From an uncultured Actinomycetes bacterium (lineage in GTDB: Bacteria > Actinomycetota > Actinomycetes > S36-B12), in contig CAJBZP010000106.1 in assembly GCA_903960135.1 (NCBI GenBank), positions 352 through 64,351 on the forward strand: 64,000 nucleotides of DNA, in the 5' to 3' direction. Below are positions 27,372 through 36,811 of the stretch, piece after piece (the first letter of the stretch is position 1; each line of letters begins with the position of its first letter). The notes below the pieces were generated by a model that was not told the origin of the DNA, did not search any database, and saw nothing but the letters and a program-made list of their open reading frames with translations. A program made the position numbers and the translations under genes.

Positions 27372-29300
27372 ATGACAAAACGCGAGGGTTGGATCACCGG
27401 AATCGTTATTGCCGCCGTACTAATTGCTGCGGCCGGGGTGTGGGCGGTGGCTAGACCTGCATCGGATTCAACCGCGAGTGCGTCATGGCTCTTCGCGCAG
27501 GGCGCCGAGGGCGGATCCCTAAGCGCGAATTCAGATGGCAGTTACACCCTCGCGTTGACCGGCGTTGACAGTCACACGCTGGCATTTACCGACCGTCCGG
27601 CACGAGCGGCCAAGGTAGTGAGCACCTCTAGTGTCATCAACTCCTGGAGCACTCTCTTCGCCGGGGATGCGCCAAATGCGGTGCTGGTGGAATTGAATCC
27701 GACCGGGGCGGAAGACTCGGTTGTCTTGACCCTCGGTATCCCGAAGATGACCGGCAATGTCGTGACCTATCCAGCCGTCATCTTGGCGGACGAAGAGATT
27801 TCGCAAACCCTCGAAGGGGCCATCGGGGCGCAGCGATCGGCGGGCCCCCTCCAGCTCGGACGGGCTTCGCTTTTTATCGACGGCGCTAATTCGTTGCCAA
27901 CCGATGAGTGGCCGTCGGGAGTGCTGGTTGCTCCCTATGTTGATGCCGGTGGCTGGCCGGTTCCTGATTTCGTTGGCATGGGAAGTGCGACCGGCCTGAA
28001 GAACTTCTCTGCCGGGTTCATCACTCAATCGGCTCCATGCGTGCCGCAGTGGGGTGGTGCGAACCAGCCGGTCACCGGCGGCAGCGTCGCTGCCGCGATT
28101 GCGAGTTTCCAAAAGGTCGGCGGCCGGGTAATCCCATCTATTGGTGGCCAATCAGCACCCGAAGGCGGCCCTGATGATCTAAGTGCCAACTGTCCTGATG
28201 TGGTCAAGTTGCAGGCGGCCTTCGAGCAGATCGTCAGTGGACTCGATCTTGATCGCCTCGACTTCGATATTGAGGCGGCCGGTGGCATTGTCTATAACCA
28301 GGCCAATTCCCAACGGCGAGCGGCGGCGGTCGCCGGGCTCCAGGTCGCACATCCTGACCTGCAGATCAGCTTGACACTTGGCACCTTGCCGAACGGTTTA
28401 CCCGGCCCCGCGGTCAGTGTCGTAAATGATTTCATCGCTGCCGGAGTCAAGAACCTAAGCCTAAATGCCATGGCGATGTGGTTCGGAACCGCTCAGCCTG
28501 ACATGGGGGCAACCGTGTTTGCATCCATGCAAGCGATGCAGGCCCAGTTCCCCAACCTTCCGGTCGGGGTTACCCCAGCACTTGGTGCTCAGGGCTCAGG
28601 TGAGGATTTCACGACCGCCAACGCCTGTGCCCTGGGTGCGTCCATCGCCAAAGCCGGCAATGTGAGCAGTCTGGGCTGGTGGAAGGTGGGCCCGCAGGCA
28701 CCGGACGCCGATCCTGGCTATCTATTCGTCAGCAGTTTCCAAGCGGGGCTAAGCGGTAGCCCGTGCCCGACCAGCCCGCCGACACCGCCGGGGCCACCGG
28801 CGCCGCCGGCCGGCACCGTCGGGGTAAATATCGCCCGCAGTGCGGGTACCACCACCATCAGCGTCAATGGCTCGAGTGTGCCGTACCCGATGACCGTAGT
28901 CCTATCGCCGTGGAACAGTTCCGTGACTTGGGTAGGCCAAGATGCAGGTTGTGCGCAACCGGGCTGCCTCGTAGTTGCCAACGGTAAGTTGACGCTGACC
29001 ACCAGCGACGCCGCTGTGGCTTTCGGCGAGAGTGGAAGTTCAACTCCGACGACTTGCACCTACACCCGCAGTGATGGCACGACTGCACCATGCTCGGTCG
29101 GTTCAGTGACCGGAAGTGAGCCGCAGTCACCGGCCGCGGTGCCGACCGATTCACCGTCAGCGGTGCCGACCGATTCACCGTCAGCGGTGCCGACCGATTC
29201 ACCGTCAGCGGTGCCGACCGATTCACCGTCAGCGGTGCCATCAAAATCGGTACCGGTATTAGTGCCGACCACTCCCGAACCGTCATTGAGCTTAAGTTGA
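27372..29300 (+). CDS. secreted/membrane-anchored multidomain protein with a GH18-like (chitinase/endo-N-acetylglucosaminidase-type) core and a C-terminal Pro/Ser/Thr repeat tail
   Basis: N-terminal TM/signal anchor ITGIVIAAVLIAAAGVWAVA. GH18 hallmarks GRVIPSIGG and LDRLDFDIE (DxxDxDxE). Also a PTSPPTPPGPPAPP linker, a Cys-rich beta domain, and 4.4 copies of the AVPTDSPS octapeptide. The start is taken at the ATG at 27372; the ORF track uses a TTG at 27303. Confidence 0.6.
   Translation: MTKREGWITGIVIAAVLIAAAGVWAVARPASDSTASASWLFAQGAEGGSLSANSDGSYTLALTGVDSHTLAFTDRPARAAKVVSTSSVINSWSTLFAGDAPNAVLVELNPTGAEDSVVLTLGIPKMTGNVVTYPAVILADEEISQTLEGAIGAQRSAGPLQLGRASLFIDGANSLPTDEWPSGVLVAPYVDAGGWPVPDFVGMGSATGLKNFSAGFITQSAPCVPQWGGANQPVTGGSVAAAIASFQKVGGRVIPSIGGQSAPEGGPDDLSANCPDVVKLQAAFEQIVSGLDLDRLDFDIEAAGGIVYNQANSQRRAAAVAGLQVAHPDLQISLTLGTLPNGLPGPAVSVVNDFIAAGVKNLSLNAMAMWFGTAQPDMGATVFASMQAMQAQFPNLPVGVTPALGAQGSGEDFTTANACALGASIAKAGNVSSLGWWKVGPQAPDADPGYLFVSSFQAGLSGSPCPTSPPTPPGPPAPPAGTVGVNIARSAGTTTISVNGSSVPYPMTVVLSPWNSSVTWVGQDAGCAQPGCLVVANGKLTLTTSDAAVAFGESGSSTPTTCTYTRSDGTTAPCSVGSVTGSEPQSPAAVPTDSPSAVPTDSPSAVPTDSPSAVPTDSPSAVPSKSVPVLVPTTPEPSLSLS
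29136..29240 (+). repeat. perfect 24-bp tandem repeat x4 plus a 9-nt partial copy, in frame (AVPTDSPS octapeptide)
   Basis: The unit GCGGTGCCGACCGATTCACCGTCA occurs at 29136, 29160, 29184 and 29208 with no mismatches, followed by the partial GCGGTGCCA. Confidence 0.95.
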
Positions 29301-29310
29301 GTGCTTGCGG

Positions 29311-29988
29311 TTAGTTCGGTAATACCAGCTTGGTAACTACCGCCAGGCCGTGCACCAGCCCCCAGGTGCGCGGAATTATCAGGGTGCGTAGGCCGAGTTC
29401 CACACCGCCGGTGTCATCGCGCCCACTATCTCCGACCATCAACGTCTCGTCGGGGTCGCAATCAATTGCAGCAAGGGCCGCGGTGAAGATGCGTGGGTCG
29501 GGCTTGACGCAGCCGACTTCGTAGGACAGCACCACGGCGTCAACCAATGGGGTGATGCCCTCGCGATCAAGAACCTCTCGGATCGGCACACCAGCGTTGG
29601 ACAGCAAGCAGATTTTGATACCTGCGGCCTGCAAAGCCTGCAATGTCGGTACCGTGTCGTCATAGGCCTGCCATATATCAAGCATGACCGCATAGAGCGA
29701 GTTGGCTAGGCCTTCATCGACATTAGGCCCGGCCTTTAGCAGTTCGTGGAAGATGCGTTCATGATCGGCGAATGAAAGATCGCGCAAACTTTGAGGGTCG
29801 CTGATTCGGGCACCCTCCCAGATCCGGTCAAGGAAGTCGACCAACTGCGATGCTTGCGCTGCGGCCAAGTTCGTAGGCGCGCGGACCAACGCGGCGTCTA
29901 GCCAGTCCGGTGCGCTGCCTTGGTCGACCAAGGTCGAGTGAATATCGAAGATCACCGCGCGGATCGGCGAATGGGTGACCGGCGTCAT
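29311..29988 (-). CDS. HAD-superfamily hydrolase (atypical motif I DxHxT)
   Basis: Motif I VIFDIHSTLVD, motif II LLSNAG, motif III KPDPRIF, motif IV VGDSGRDD. Confidence 0.75.
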   Translation of the reverse strand: MTPVTHSPIRAVIFDIHSTLVDQGSAPDWLDAALVRAPTNLAAAQASQLVDFLDRIWEGARISDPQSLRDLSFADHERIFHELLKAGPNVDEGLANSLYAVMLDIWQAYDDTVPTLQALQAAGIKICLLSNAGVPIREVLDREGITPLVDAVVLSYEVGCVKPDPRIFTAALAAIDCDPDETLMVGDSGRDDTGGVELGLRTLIIPRTWGLVHGLAVVTKLVLPN

Positions 29989-30141
29989 GGTTGAAGCCTA
30001 GAGGGGCAGGACCAAGGTCCCCGGAAGTCAGGGCTTTTGTGGGTTCGGTGCGGTAGGCACTGCACACCAGAATGCGAATATGGCAAATCGCCGGTTAATC
30101 AAAGGCACCGCTACCCGCGGTGCTGCATCTGAGGAGTTCCC

Positions 30142-30687
30142 ATGCGTCGACGTAGTTTAGATCGGATACTTTCGGTCACCGGATTAGTGCTTGCAATAGT
30201 GCTGGCCGTAGGTGGCTTACTGTTGATGTGGGGCGGCAACTTCGCACATTCAACTGTTACCAATGAACTCACTGCTCAAAATATTGCGTTCTCTGCTGAT
30301 CCGGCCAACTTGCCACCCGAGCTGGCACAGTACGCCGGACTCGCCGTCACCGACGGACCAGGAGCTCAGGCGTACTCTGACTTAATCGCTGTGCATGTGG
30401 CCGGGGTCGCAGATGGCAAGACCTACTCTCAGGTCAGTGAGGAGTGGATCGCCGGTGGTCGTACCGACGAGGCACTTGCCGGGCAACGACTAACCCTGTT
30501 CATGGGTGAAACCTTGCGCGGGATGCTGCTTAACGCCTACGCATTTTGGACGATAGGAACCGTCGCACTGGTTGCGGCTTGGGCAATGCTCGGCCTGGCC
30601 GCGGTGATGTTCATCTTGACCATCATGGGCTTCGCTCACCTGCGCAAGACATCGGAGGCCGATGCGGTATTCGTGCCTGCCGCCTAG
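30142..30687 (+). CDS. conserved membrane protein (N- and C-terminal TM segments, extracytoplasmic middle)
   Basis: 181 aa with TM segments at about residues 12-32 and 135-165. GGAG RBS. A strong terminator follows. Confidence 0.6.
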   Translation: MRRRSLDRILSVTGLVLAIVLAVGGLLLMWGGNFAHSTVTNELTAQNIAFSADPANLPPELAQYAGLAVTDGPGAQAYSDLIAVHVAGVADGKTYSQVSEEWIAGGRTDEALAGQRLTLFMGETLRGMLLNAYAFWTIGTVALVAAWAMLGLAAVMFILTIMGFAHLRKTSEADAVFVPAA

Positions 30688-30717
30688 GGGCTAAGCACGG
30701 GCCATGCGCATTACTAA

Positions 30718-30766
30718 AGCGCCGAGCCGACAGCCGGATGCTGTTGGCTCGGCGCTTTGCCTTCTT
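30718..30766 (+). terminator. intrinsic terminator-like hairpin
   Basis: 11-bp perfect stem AGCGCCGAGCC / GGCTCGGCGCT with a 17-nt loop, followed by TTGCCTTCTT. Confidence 0.6.
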
Positions 30767-30795
30767 GGCCGACCGGCCCGATAGCCTTGGGCCCT

Positions 30796-32313
30796 ATGAC
30801 CACGGAATCAGCTGATCAAGACCACGCCCCAGAGGTCGATCTGCCTGAACAAATGCGGATTAGGCGTGCTAAGCGCGATCGGCTGGCCGGCGCGGGGCTG
30901 GAAGCGTATCCGGTGCAGGTGCCGATCACGACCACTATTTCAGCAGTCCGAACCTCGTACCCGGATCTGCCAATTGATCATCAAACCGGTGCGTTGGTGG
31001 GTATCGCAGGCCGGGTCATCTTCCAGCGCAATACCGGAAAACTGTGCTTTGCGACGCTGAGAGCAGGAGATGGTGCCGAAATTCAAGCAATGGTCGCACT
31101 CGCTGGGGTCGGCGAAGACGCGCTAGAACTCTGGAAAGATTTAGTTGACATCGGCGACCATGTCTACATCCATGGTGAGGTAATTACCTCCAAGCGTGGT
31201 GAGCTATCGGTTCTGGCAGACACTTGGCTGATGGCGGCTAAGGCTCTTCGTCCGTTACCGGTAGCACATAAGCCGCTAAACGAAGAGTCTCGAGTGCGGC
31301 AGCGCTACGTCGATCTAATCGTGCGCCCGCAAGCCCGTGAGATTGCCCGGACCCGGGTGACCACCGTTGCGTCCATCCGCAAGTCACTAGATGCCCGCGG
31401 TTACCTGGAGATTGAAACCCCAATGTTGCAGACCATGCATGGTGGCGCGACTGCAAGACCCTTTGTCACAATTTCAAATGCATTTGACTTGCAATTGTTC
31501 TTACGCATCGCACCGGAGTTGTTTCTAAAGCGCGCGGTAGTCGGCGGACTGGAGCGGGTCTATGAGATCAACCGGAACTTTCGCAATGAAGGGGCAGACT
31601 CAACGCATTCACCTGAGTTCGCGATGCTTGAATTCTATGAAGCCTACGCCGACTACCGGGTGATGGCGACTATCACGCGAGAACTCATTCAAGCAGCCGC
31701 TCGGGCGGTGTTCGACAGCGAGCAGATAACCCATCCGGATGGATCTGTTCATGATCTTTCCGGGGTGTGGCCGGAAATCTCCTTGTATGAGTCGGTTTCT
31801 AACGCTCTGGGTTTTGAGGTAACGCCCATGACACCACATGACAAATTGCGCAGTCTTTGCGATTCAGCTGGCATCCAGGTTGCACCGACCGCGGTATCCG
31901 GAAAACTCGTAGAAGAGCTCTTTGAGCACTACGTCACCCAGAGTTTTGGTGGCCGCCCCACCTTCGTGATGGACTTCCCGGTTGACACCTCGCCCTTGGT
32001 GCGCGATCACCGCACCGATGTCGGCAAGGTGGAGAAGTGGGATCTCTACATCAACGGCTACGAACAGGCCACCGGATACTCAGAACTCGTTGACCCGGTA
32101 GTCCAACGCCAGCGGCTCACCGAGCAGGCGGCCCTTGGCGCCCGCGGTGATGCTGAGGCCATGCCACTTGACGAGGATTTCCTGCGGGCCCTGGAACATG
32201 GGATGCCCCCAACCGGTGGTGTGGGGCTGGGTATCGACCGCTTGCTAATGACATTAACCGGCCTAGGTATTCGCGAGACCATTTTGTTCCCGCTTGTGAA
32301 GCCGGAAAGGTGA
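30796..32313 (+). CDS. lysS: lysine--tRNA ligase (class II)
   Basis: OB-fold N-terminal domain, class II motifs [11 protein letters not shown] (motif 2) and [12 protein letters not shown] (motif 3). The start is taken at the ATG downstream of the terminator hairpin. Confidence 0.95.
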   Translation: MTTESADQDHAPEVDLPEQMRIRRAKRDRLAGAGLEAYPVQVPITTTISAVRTSYPDLPIDHQTGALVGIAGRVIFQRNTGKLCFATLRAGDGAEIQAMVALAGVGEDALELWKDLVDIGDHVYIHGEVITSKRGELSVLADTWLMAAKALRPLPVAHKPLNEESRVRQRYVDLIVRPQAREIARTRVTTVASIRKSLDARGYLEIETPMLQTMHGGATARPFVTISNAFDLQLFLRIAPELFLKRAVVGGLERVYEINRNFRNEGADSTHSPEFAMLEFYEAYADYRVMATITRELIQAAARAVFDSEQITHPDGSVHDLSGVWPEISLYESVSNALGFEVTPMTPHDKLRSLCDSAGIQVAPTAVSGKLVEELFEHYVTQSFGGRPTFVMDFPVDTSPLVRDHRTDVGKVEKWDLYINGYEQATGYSELVDPVVQRQRLTEQAALGARGDAEAMPLDEDFLRALEHGMPPTGGVGLGIDRLLMTLTGLGIRETILFPLVKPER

Positions 32314-32322
32314 AGGGTTAGC

Positions 32323-32814
32323 GTGCAGATCCGCCCCGCTAAGACTGGTGATGTTAGGGCCATCCGTGCAATGGTGGACTCTTATGCCCCCAATGGCCGG
32401 CTGCTCTCCAAGGCGACGGTCACGTTGTATGAAGATGTACAAGAGTTCCTGGTCGCCGTCCAAGGTGATGAGGTAGTTGGCTGCGGCGCCTTACACGTAA
32501 TGTGGGAAGACCTCGCCGAGGTTCGCACCCTTGCGGTGCATCCGGACTTTCGCCGCAGCGGTGTCGGCTCAAAGATCTTGGCCGCGCAAATAGAGCGGGC
32601 CCGGAGCCTTGGTATCAAAAGGGTTTTTTGCCTGACTTTCGAGACCGAATTCTTCGGCCGTCATGGTTTCCGCGAGATCGAAGGTGCGCCGGTTGAGCAC
32701 GCGGTCTTCGAGCAACTGCTGCAGTCTTATGACGAGGGCGTGGCTGAGTTTCTCGACCTAGAGCGGGTAAAGCCCAATACCCTAGGCAACCAACGGATGC
32801 TCCTCATCTTGTGA
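32323..32814 (+). CDS. GNAT family N-acetyltransferase (short ArgA-like amino-acid N-acetyltransferase)
   Basis: 163 aa. Acetyl-CoA motif RTLAVHPDFRRSGVGSKIL and C-terminal FFGRHGFREI. Confidence 0.8.
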   Translation: MQIRPAKTGDVRAIRAMVDSYAPNGRLLSKATVTLYEDVQEFLVAVQGDEVVGCGALHVMWEDLAEVRTLAVHPDFRRSGVGSKILAAQIERARSLGIKRVFCLTFETEFFGRHGFREIEGAPVEHAVFEQLLQSYDEGVAEFLDLERVKPNTLGNQRMLLIL

Positions 32815-33551
32815 AGGTAATCTGGATCTCCGCCTTCGCCTTGGGGCTGGTTCTTATCGGCGCGGGCACAGCGCGGGCCACCGATCAGCCATTGGCTGGC
32901 AGGATCATTGTTCTTGATCCCGGTCACCAATTGGGTAACAGCAATCCAAAATTCGCGAAGCAATTGGCGCAGACCAAATTCAACGGAGCCATCGTGAAGT
33001 CCTGCAATACGAGCGGGACTGCGACGAACGCAGGATTCCCGGAGTCAACACTTAATTGGCGGATTGCAAAGAATCTTCGCCGAATGCTGCAGGCCCAGGG
33101 CGCCACCGTTGTCCTCACTCGTGACGCCAATTCACGTGAGCAATGGGGGCCGTGCGTTTGGGATCGCGCCGGTATCGCCAATGCGGCAAGGGCCGATGCC
33201 ATGATCAGCATCCACGCCGATGGCGGTCCGGCGGGCGGTCGTGGGTTTTATGTGATTCAGGCGGCGAAAATCAAGGGCTGGACCGATGATGTGGTCGCGG
33301 CGGACCGAAGGCTCACCGCAGACATGATCGCTGGAATGTCGGCCGCCGGCGCCCCGCCCTCGACATATATTTCTGGGCAGCGTTGGATAAGCCGAGAGCA
33401 GTCGACACTGAACTTCAGTGACGTGCCAACGGTAATTGTCGAAGTCGGAAACATGCGTAATAAATTGGACGCGGCTTTGATGTCAACGCCCGCAGGGCAG
33501 CGCGACTACGCACGTTGGCTGCTTGCCGGGATAGATAGGTTCTTCGAGTGA
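32811..33551 (+). CDS. N-acetylmuramoyl-L-alanine amidase (Amidase_3)
   Basis: Signal peptide, then IVLDPGHQ, ISIHADGG and VIVEVGNMRN. GTGA overlap with the upstream gene. Confidence 0.8.
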   Translation: MKVIWISAFALGLVLIGAGTARATDQPLAGRIIVLDPGHQLGNSNPKFAKQLAQTKFNGAIVKSCNTSGTATNAGFPESTLNWRIAKNLRRMLQAQGATVVLTRDANSREQWGPCVWDRAGIANAARADAMISIHADGGPAGGRGFYVIQAAKIKGWTDDVVAADRRLTADMIAGMSAAGAPPSTYISGQRWISREQSTLNFSDVPTVIVEVGNMRNKLDAALMSTPAGQRDYARWLLAGIDRFFE

Positions 33552-34057
33552 TCGACCGTCCGATGGAACCGGTATCAGGCCGAGATATTGAGCTAATCGA
33601 GGTGCAATTAGGTCGAATGCCACGCGGTGGGATGCAGGTGGCGCATCGTTGCCCGTGCGGAGCACCTGATGTCGTTCGAACCACGCCGCGCCTTGACGAC
33701 GGCACCCCATTTCCGACTCTTTACTACGCCACCTGCCCGCGGCTAGCCGGTGCCATCGGCACCCTGGAAGCGAGTGGCTTGATGCGTGAGATGGAGCAGC
33801 GCCTGACCGATGATGTCGAGTTAGCCGCCGGGTACTCGACCGCGCATGAGCAGTATCTAGCCGATCGCACGGCAATCGCTGAGGTGGCTGAGTTGGCCGG
33901 CATCAGTGCGGGCGGGATGCCAAGTCGGGTTAAGTGCCTACATGTGCTCGCGGCGCACGCACTGGCAGTCGGGCCGGGGGTTAACCCACTCGGCGATGAG
34001 GTACTGGCGGCGTTGACGCCTTGGTGGTCGCAGGATTCGTGCGGTGAACGAGTATGA
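33548..34057 (+). CDS. DUF501 domain protein
   Basis: 169 aa with HRCPCGAPDVVRTTPRL..GTPFPTLYYATCPRL and the VKCLH motif. It occupies the conserved position upstream of ppx in actinobacteria (from memory). Confidence 0.7.
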   Translation: MIDRPMEPVSGRDIELIEVQLGRMPRGGMQVAHRCPCGAPDVVRTTPRLDDGTPFPTLYYATCPRLAGAIGTLEASGLMREMEQRLTDDVELAAGYSTAHEQYLADRTAIAEVAELAGISAGGMPSRVKCLHVLAAHALAVGPGVNPLGDEVLAALTPWWSQDSCGERV

Positions 34058-34986
34058 CATTCGCGGCCATTGATTGCGGAACAAATTCAATTCGGTTGCT
34101 GATAGCCGATGTTGATGATGCTGGGGTATTGCATGAGCAAAAGCGAGTAATGCAGATAGTCCGGTTGGGTGAAGGTGTTGATCGGACCGGTGAGTTTTCG
34201 GTTGCGGCCCTTGAGCGCACGTTCGCCGCCTGTGATGAATACGCGGCACTCATTGCTAAATCAAGTATTGAACGGGTTCGATTTGTTGCTACTTCGGCCA
34301 CTCGCGATGCGCGAAACCGCCAGGAGTTCGTCAATGGGGTTCGGGCCCGCTTAGGGGTCGAGCCGGACGTGATCAGCGGCGATGAAGAAGCAGCGCTGTC
34401 ATTTTCCGGGGCAGTTCGGGGGTTACCGGCCGGTTTAGTCCAGTCGCCGGCACTCGTCATCGATATCGGCGGCGGTTCTACGGAATTCGTCTTAGGCGGT
34501 GCAAGTCCGACACACAGCATCAGCGTCGACATCGGTTGTGTCCGATTTGCCGAGCGCCACCTAAACGGCGACCCAGCCACTCCCGAGCAGATCGCGGCGG
34601 TTGAAGTAGATCTGGCTAAGGCACTTGACCTAGTGCGGGCAGCGGTGCCGATTGAGCGGGCCGCGAGTGTTGTGGGGTTGGCGGGTTCGGTAACCACCGT
34701 GGCCGCCATGGCCTTTGATCTACGTGAGTATGACCCGGTTCTATTGCATGGATCGCTGATCACCACCGAGCAGATTGAGGACGTAACCGCACGATTACTA
34801 GTTATGACAAAAGCTGAGCGCTCAGCTTTGCCATTTATGCACCCGGGCCGGGTCGATGTCATCGGTGCCGGAGCCATGGTGCTGCGGGCTATCGCGCGGG
34901 CAACCGGTACTTCGGTGGTGGTTGTATCCGAAACAGATATCTTGGATGGCATCGTTTACACGTTGGCATTGCAGGGGGGCTCATGA
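34054..34986 (+). CDS. ppx: exopolyphosphatase / Ppx-GppA family phosphatase
   Basis: FAAIDCGTNSIRLLIA, ATSATRDA, DIGGGSTEF. ATGA overlap with the upstream gene. Confidence 0.85.
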   Translation: MTFAAIDCGTNSIRLLIADVDDAGVLHEQKRVMQIVRLGEGVDRTGEFSVAALERTFAACDEYAALIAKSSIERVRFVATSATRDARNRQEFVNGVRARLGVEPDVISGDEEAALSFSGAVRGLPAGLVQSPALVIDIGGGSTEFVLGGASPTHSISVDIGCVRFAERHLNGDPATPEQIAAVEVDLAKALDLVRAAVPIERAASVVGLAGSVTTVAAMAFDLREYDPVLLHGSLITTEQIEDVTARLLVMTKAERSALPFMHPGRVDVIGAGAMVLRAIARATGTSVVVVSETDILDGIVYTLALQGGS

Positions 34987-35993
34987 CGATCACGATTCGC
35001 GATGTAGCTGAGGCTGCCGGGGTGTCAACCGCCACGGTGTCCCGAGCCCTTCGCGGGCTCCCGAATGTTGATGCCGACACCCGGGCGAGGGTCAAGCAGG
35101 TGGCGTTGTCAATGGACTATGTCATCTCACCAAGTGCCTCGAGATTGGCAAGTGGTCGCACCGGGAGTATCGGGGTCGTCACCCCACAGGTGGCAGGTTG
35201 GTATTTCTCCACCGTGCTTTCGGGTATTGAAGGCGCATTGCAGCAAGGTGACATGGACTTACTGCTGATGAGTGTTGGCGACGAGGCCAGCAGCGCACCG
35301 CGGGAGCCGGTGGCCCCACGCCTGAATCGCCGGGTTGACGGAGTTATCACAATCGCCCTGGTGCCTGAAGATGTGCAACTCCAAAGTGTGCTCAGCCTTG
35401 GGTTGCCGACCAGCTTGATCGGGGTTTCGATTGCTGGCGTCGCAGGGGTGCATATTGATGACGTGGCTGCAGCACGCACAGCAACCCAGCACCTCATTAA
35501 TTTGGGGCATCGGCGAATTGCTGTTATTACCGGCGCACCGCCCGGAACGCTTTACACGGCGCCGCACGCGCGATATCACGGTTTTATCGAAGCAATGGGG
35601 CAAGCCGGCCTTGCCGTGGACCCAACACTTCAAGCGCGTGGCTACTTCACAATTGCTGGTGGTGAACGGGCGATGGCTGAACTTCTAACCCAGTCCGACC
35701 CGCCGACGGCGGTGTTTGCGATGTCGGACGAAATGGCATTTGGTGCCATGCGCGCACTTCGCAGCCACGGTTTGCAGCCAGGACGTGAGATATCAATCGC
35801 CGGGATCGATGGCCACGACATGGCCGAGTTGCTCGACCTGACCACTGTTGCGCAGCCGGTAAGGGATCTTGGACGTATCGCTGCGGAGTCACTGCTGGAC
35901 CAACTCCGAAGTGGCGATCGGTCAGTGCTGCCTTCGGTGCAGGTGCCGACCGAGATCATTCTGCGCGGTTCTACGGCGCCGCCGGCCCATTGA
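34983..35993 (+). CDS. LacI family transcriptional regulator
   Basis: N-terminal HTH TIRDVAEAAGVSTATVSRALRG plus a periplasmic-binding-protein-like effector domain. ATGA overlap with ppx. Confidence 0.9.
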   Translation: MTITIRDVAEAAGVSTATVSRALRGLPNVDADTRARVKQVALSMDYVISPSASRLASGRTGSIGVVTPQVAGWYFSTVLSGIEGALQQGDMDLLLMSVGDEASSAPREPVAPRLNRRVDGVITIALVPEDVQLQSVLSLGLPTSLIGVSIAGVAGVHIDDVAAARTATQHLINLGHRRIAVITGAPPGTLYTAPHARYHGFIEAMGQAGLAVDPTLQARGYFTIAGGERAMAELLTQSDPPTAVFAMSDEMAFGAMRALRSHGLQPGREISIAGIDGHDMAELLDLTTVAQPVRDLGRIAAESLLDQLRSGDRSVLPSVQVPTEIILRGSTAPPAH

Positions 35994-36020
35994 TCGGGCC
36001 CATGTGCGGGTCAGCCCGGC

Positions 36021-36755
36021 ATGGGTGCACCTGATGGGCAACAATGCAGCATGCGAAATGTCGAGGTTGAAATCCGCGGTGAGCAAGTAGGCGGTGTCAT
36101 CGCTTTCCCAGAGCCAAATGCCGGCCCAGATTCAGGTACCGGCCCAGGTGTCATCGTGATCCAGGAGTGGTGGGGGTTGGTTCCACACATCCAAGGAGTT
36201 GTCAGCCGGCTGGCCGCTGCCGGTTTCGTGGCACTTGCGTTAGACCACTACCGCGGGGTCGAAACCACCGAGCCGGACGAAGCCCAGAAATTAATGATGG
36301 GTTTGCAGGTGTCTGCCGCGGCAGCGGACCTGGCGGGGGCGGCGGCCTATCTGGTGGACCGGCCAGAGGTAACGACCAGCAAGATCGCGGTCATGGGCTT
36401 TTGCATGGGCGGTGGGTTAGCCCTCCTAGCACCTACGGTAAGTGCGCAGATCGCCTGCGCTGCGGCCTTTTATCCGGCAATGCCCTGGCCCGACTTTGCG
36501 CCGGATTGGGCGAACTACGCCGGCAAGGCCGCCATGATTCACAAAGCGCAATCCGATGAGGGTTGGGCAGCTCCGAAGATCGCTGAATACGCCGCTGAGA
36601 TCACCGGCCACGGTGGCCGGGTAGCGGTTTTCGACTACCCGGGCTCCGAGCATGCCTTTTTCAATGACGACCGCCCCGAGGTCTACTCGCCAAGCTACGC
36701 GGGTGCCGCCTGGGAGCGCAGTACTGCCTTCTTTAGAGCCGAATGCACCCCTTAG
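36021..36755 (+). CDS. dienelactone hydrolase family protein
   Basis: GVIVIQEWWGL, nucleophile elbow MGFCMGGG, C-terminal HAFFND. An alternative start lies at 36051. Confidence 0.8.
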   Translation: MGAPDGQQCSMRNVEVEIRGEQVGGVIAFPEPNAGPDSGTGPGVIVIQEWWGLVPHIQGVVSRLAAAGFVALALDHYRGVETTEPDEAQKLMMGLQVSAAAADLAGAAAYLVDRPEVTTSKIAVMGFCMGGGLALLAPTVSAQIACAAAFYPAMPWPDFAPDWANYAGKAAMIHKAQSDEGWAAPKIAEYAAEITGHGGRVAVFDYPGSEHAFFNDDRPEVYSPSYAGAAWERSTAFFRAECTP

Positions 36756-36811
36756 GAACCAAGCCGGCGCACCGCAGGTTCTAAGGTGGTGCCGCAGCAG
36801 GTCAAGGCACG

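Noticed and set aside
27531-28151. 206-aa minus-strand ORF.
   Set aside because: It is antisense to the GH18-like exoprotein gene and looks like an Arg-rich shadow translation.
29136-29240. 24-bp x4 repeat as a possible mini-CRISPR or regulatory array.
   Set aside because: The units are directly adjacent with no spacers. They lie in frame inside a long CDS and encode a Pro/Ser/Thr octapeptide, so this is a coding VNTR.
33981-34952. 323-aa minus-strand ORF.
   Set aside because: It is entirely antisense to the well-supported ppx gene. Its Ala/Arg/Ser/Thr-rich low-complexity translation is typical of shadow ORFs in high-GC DNA.
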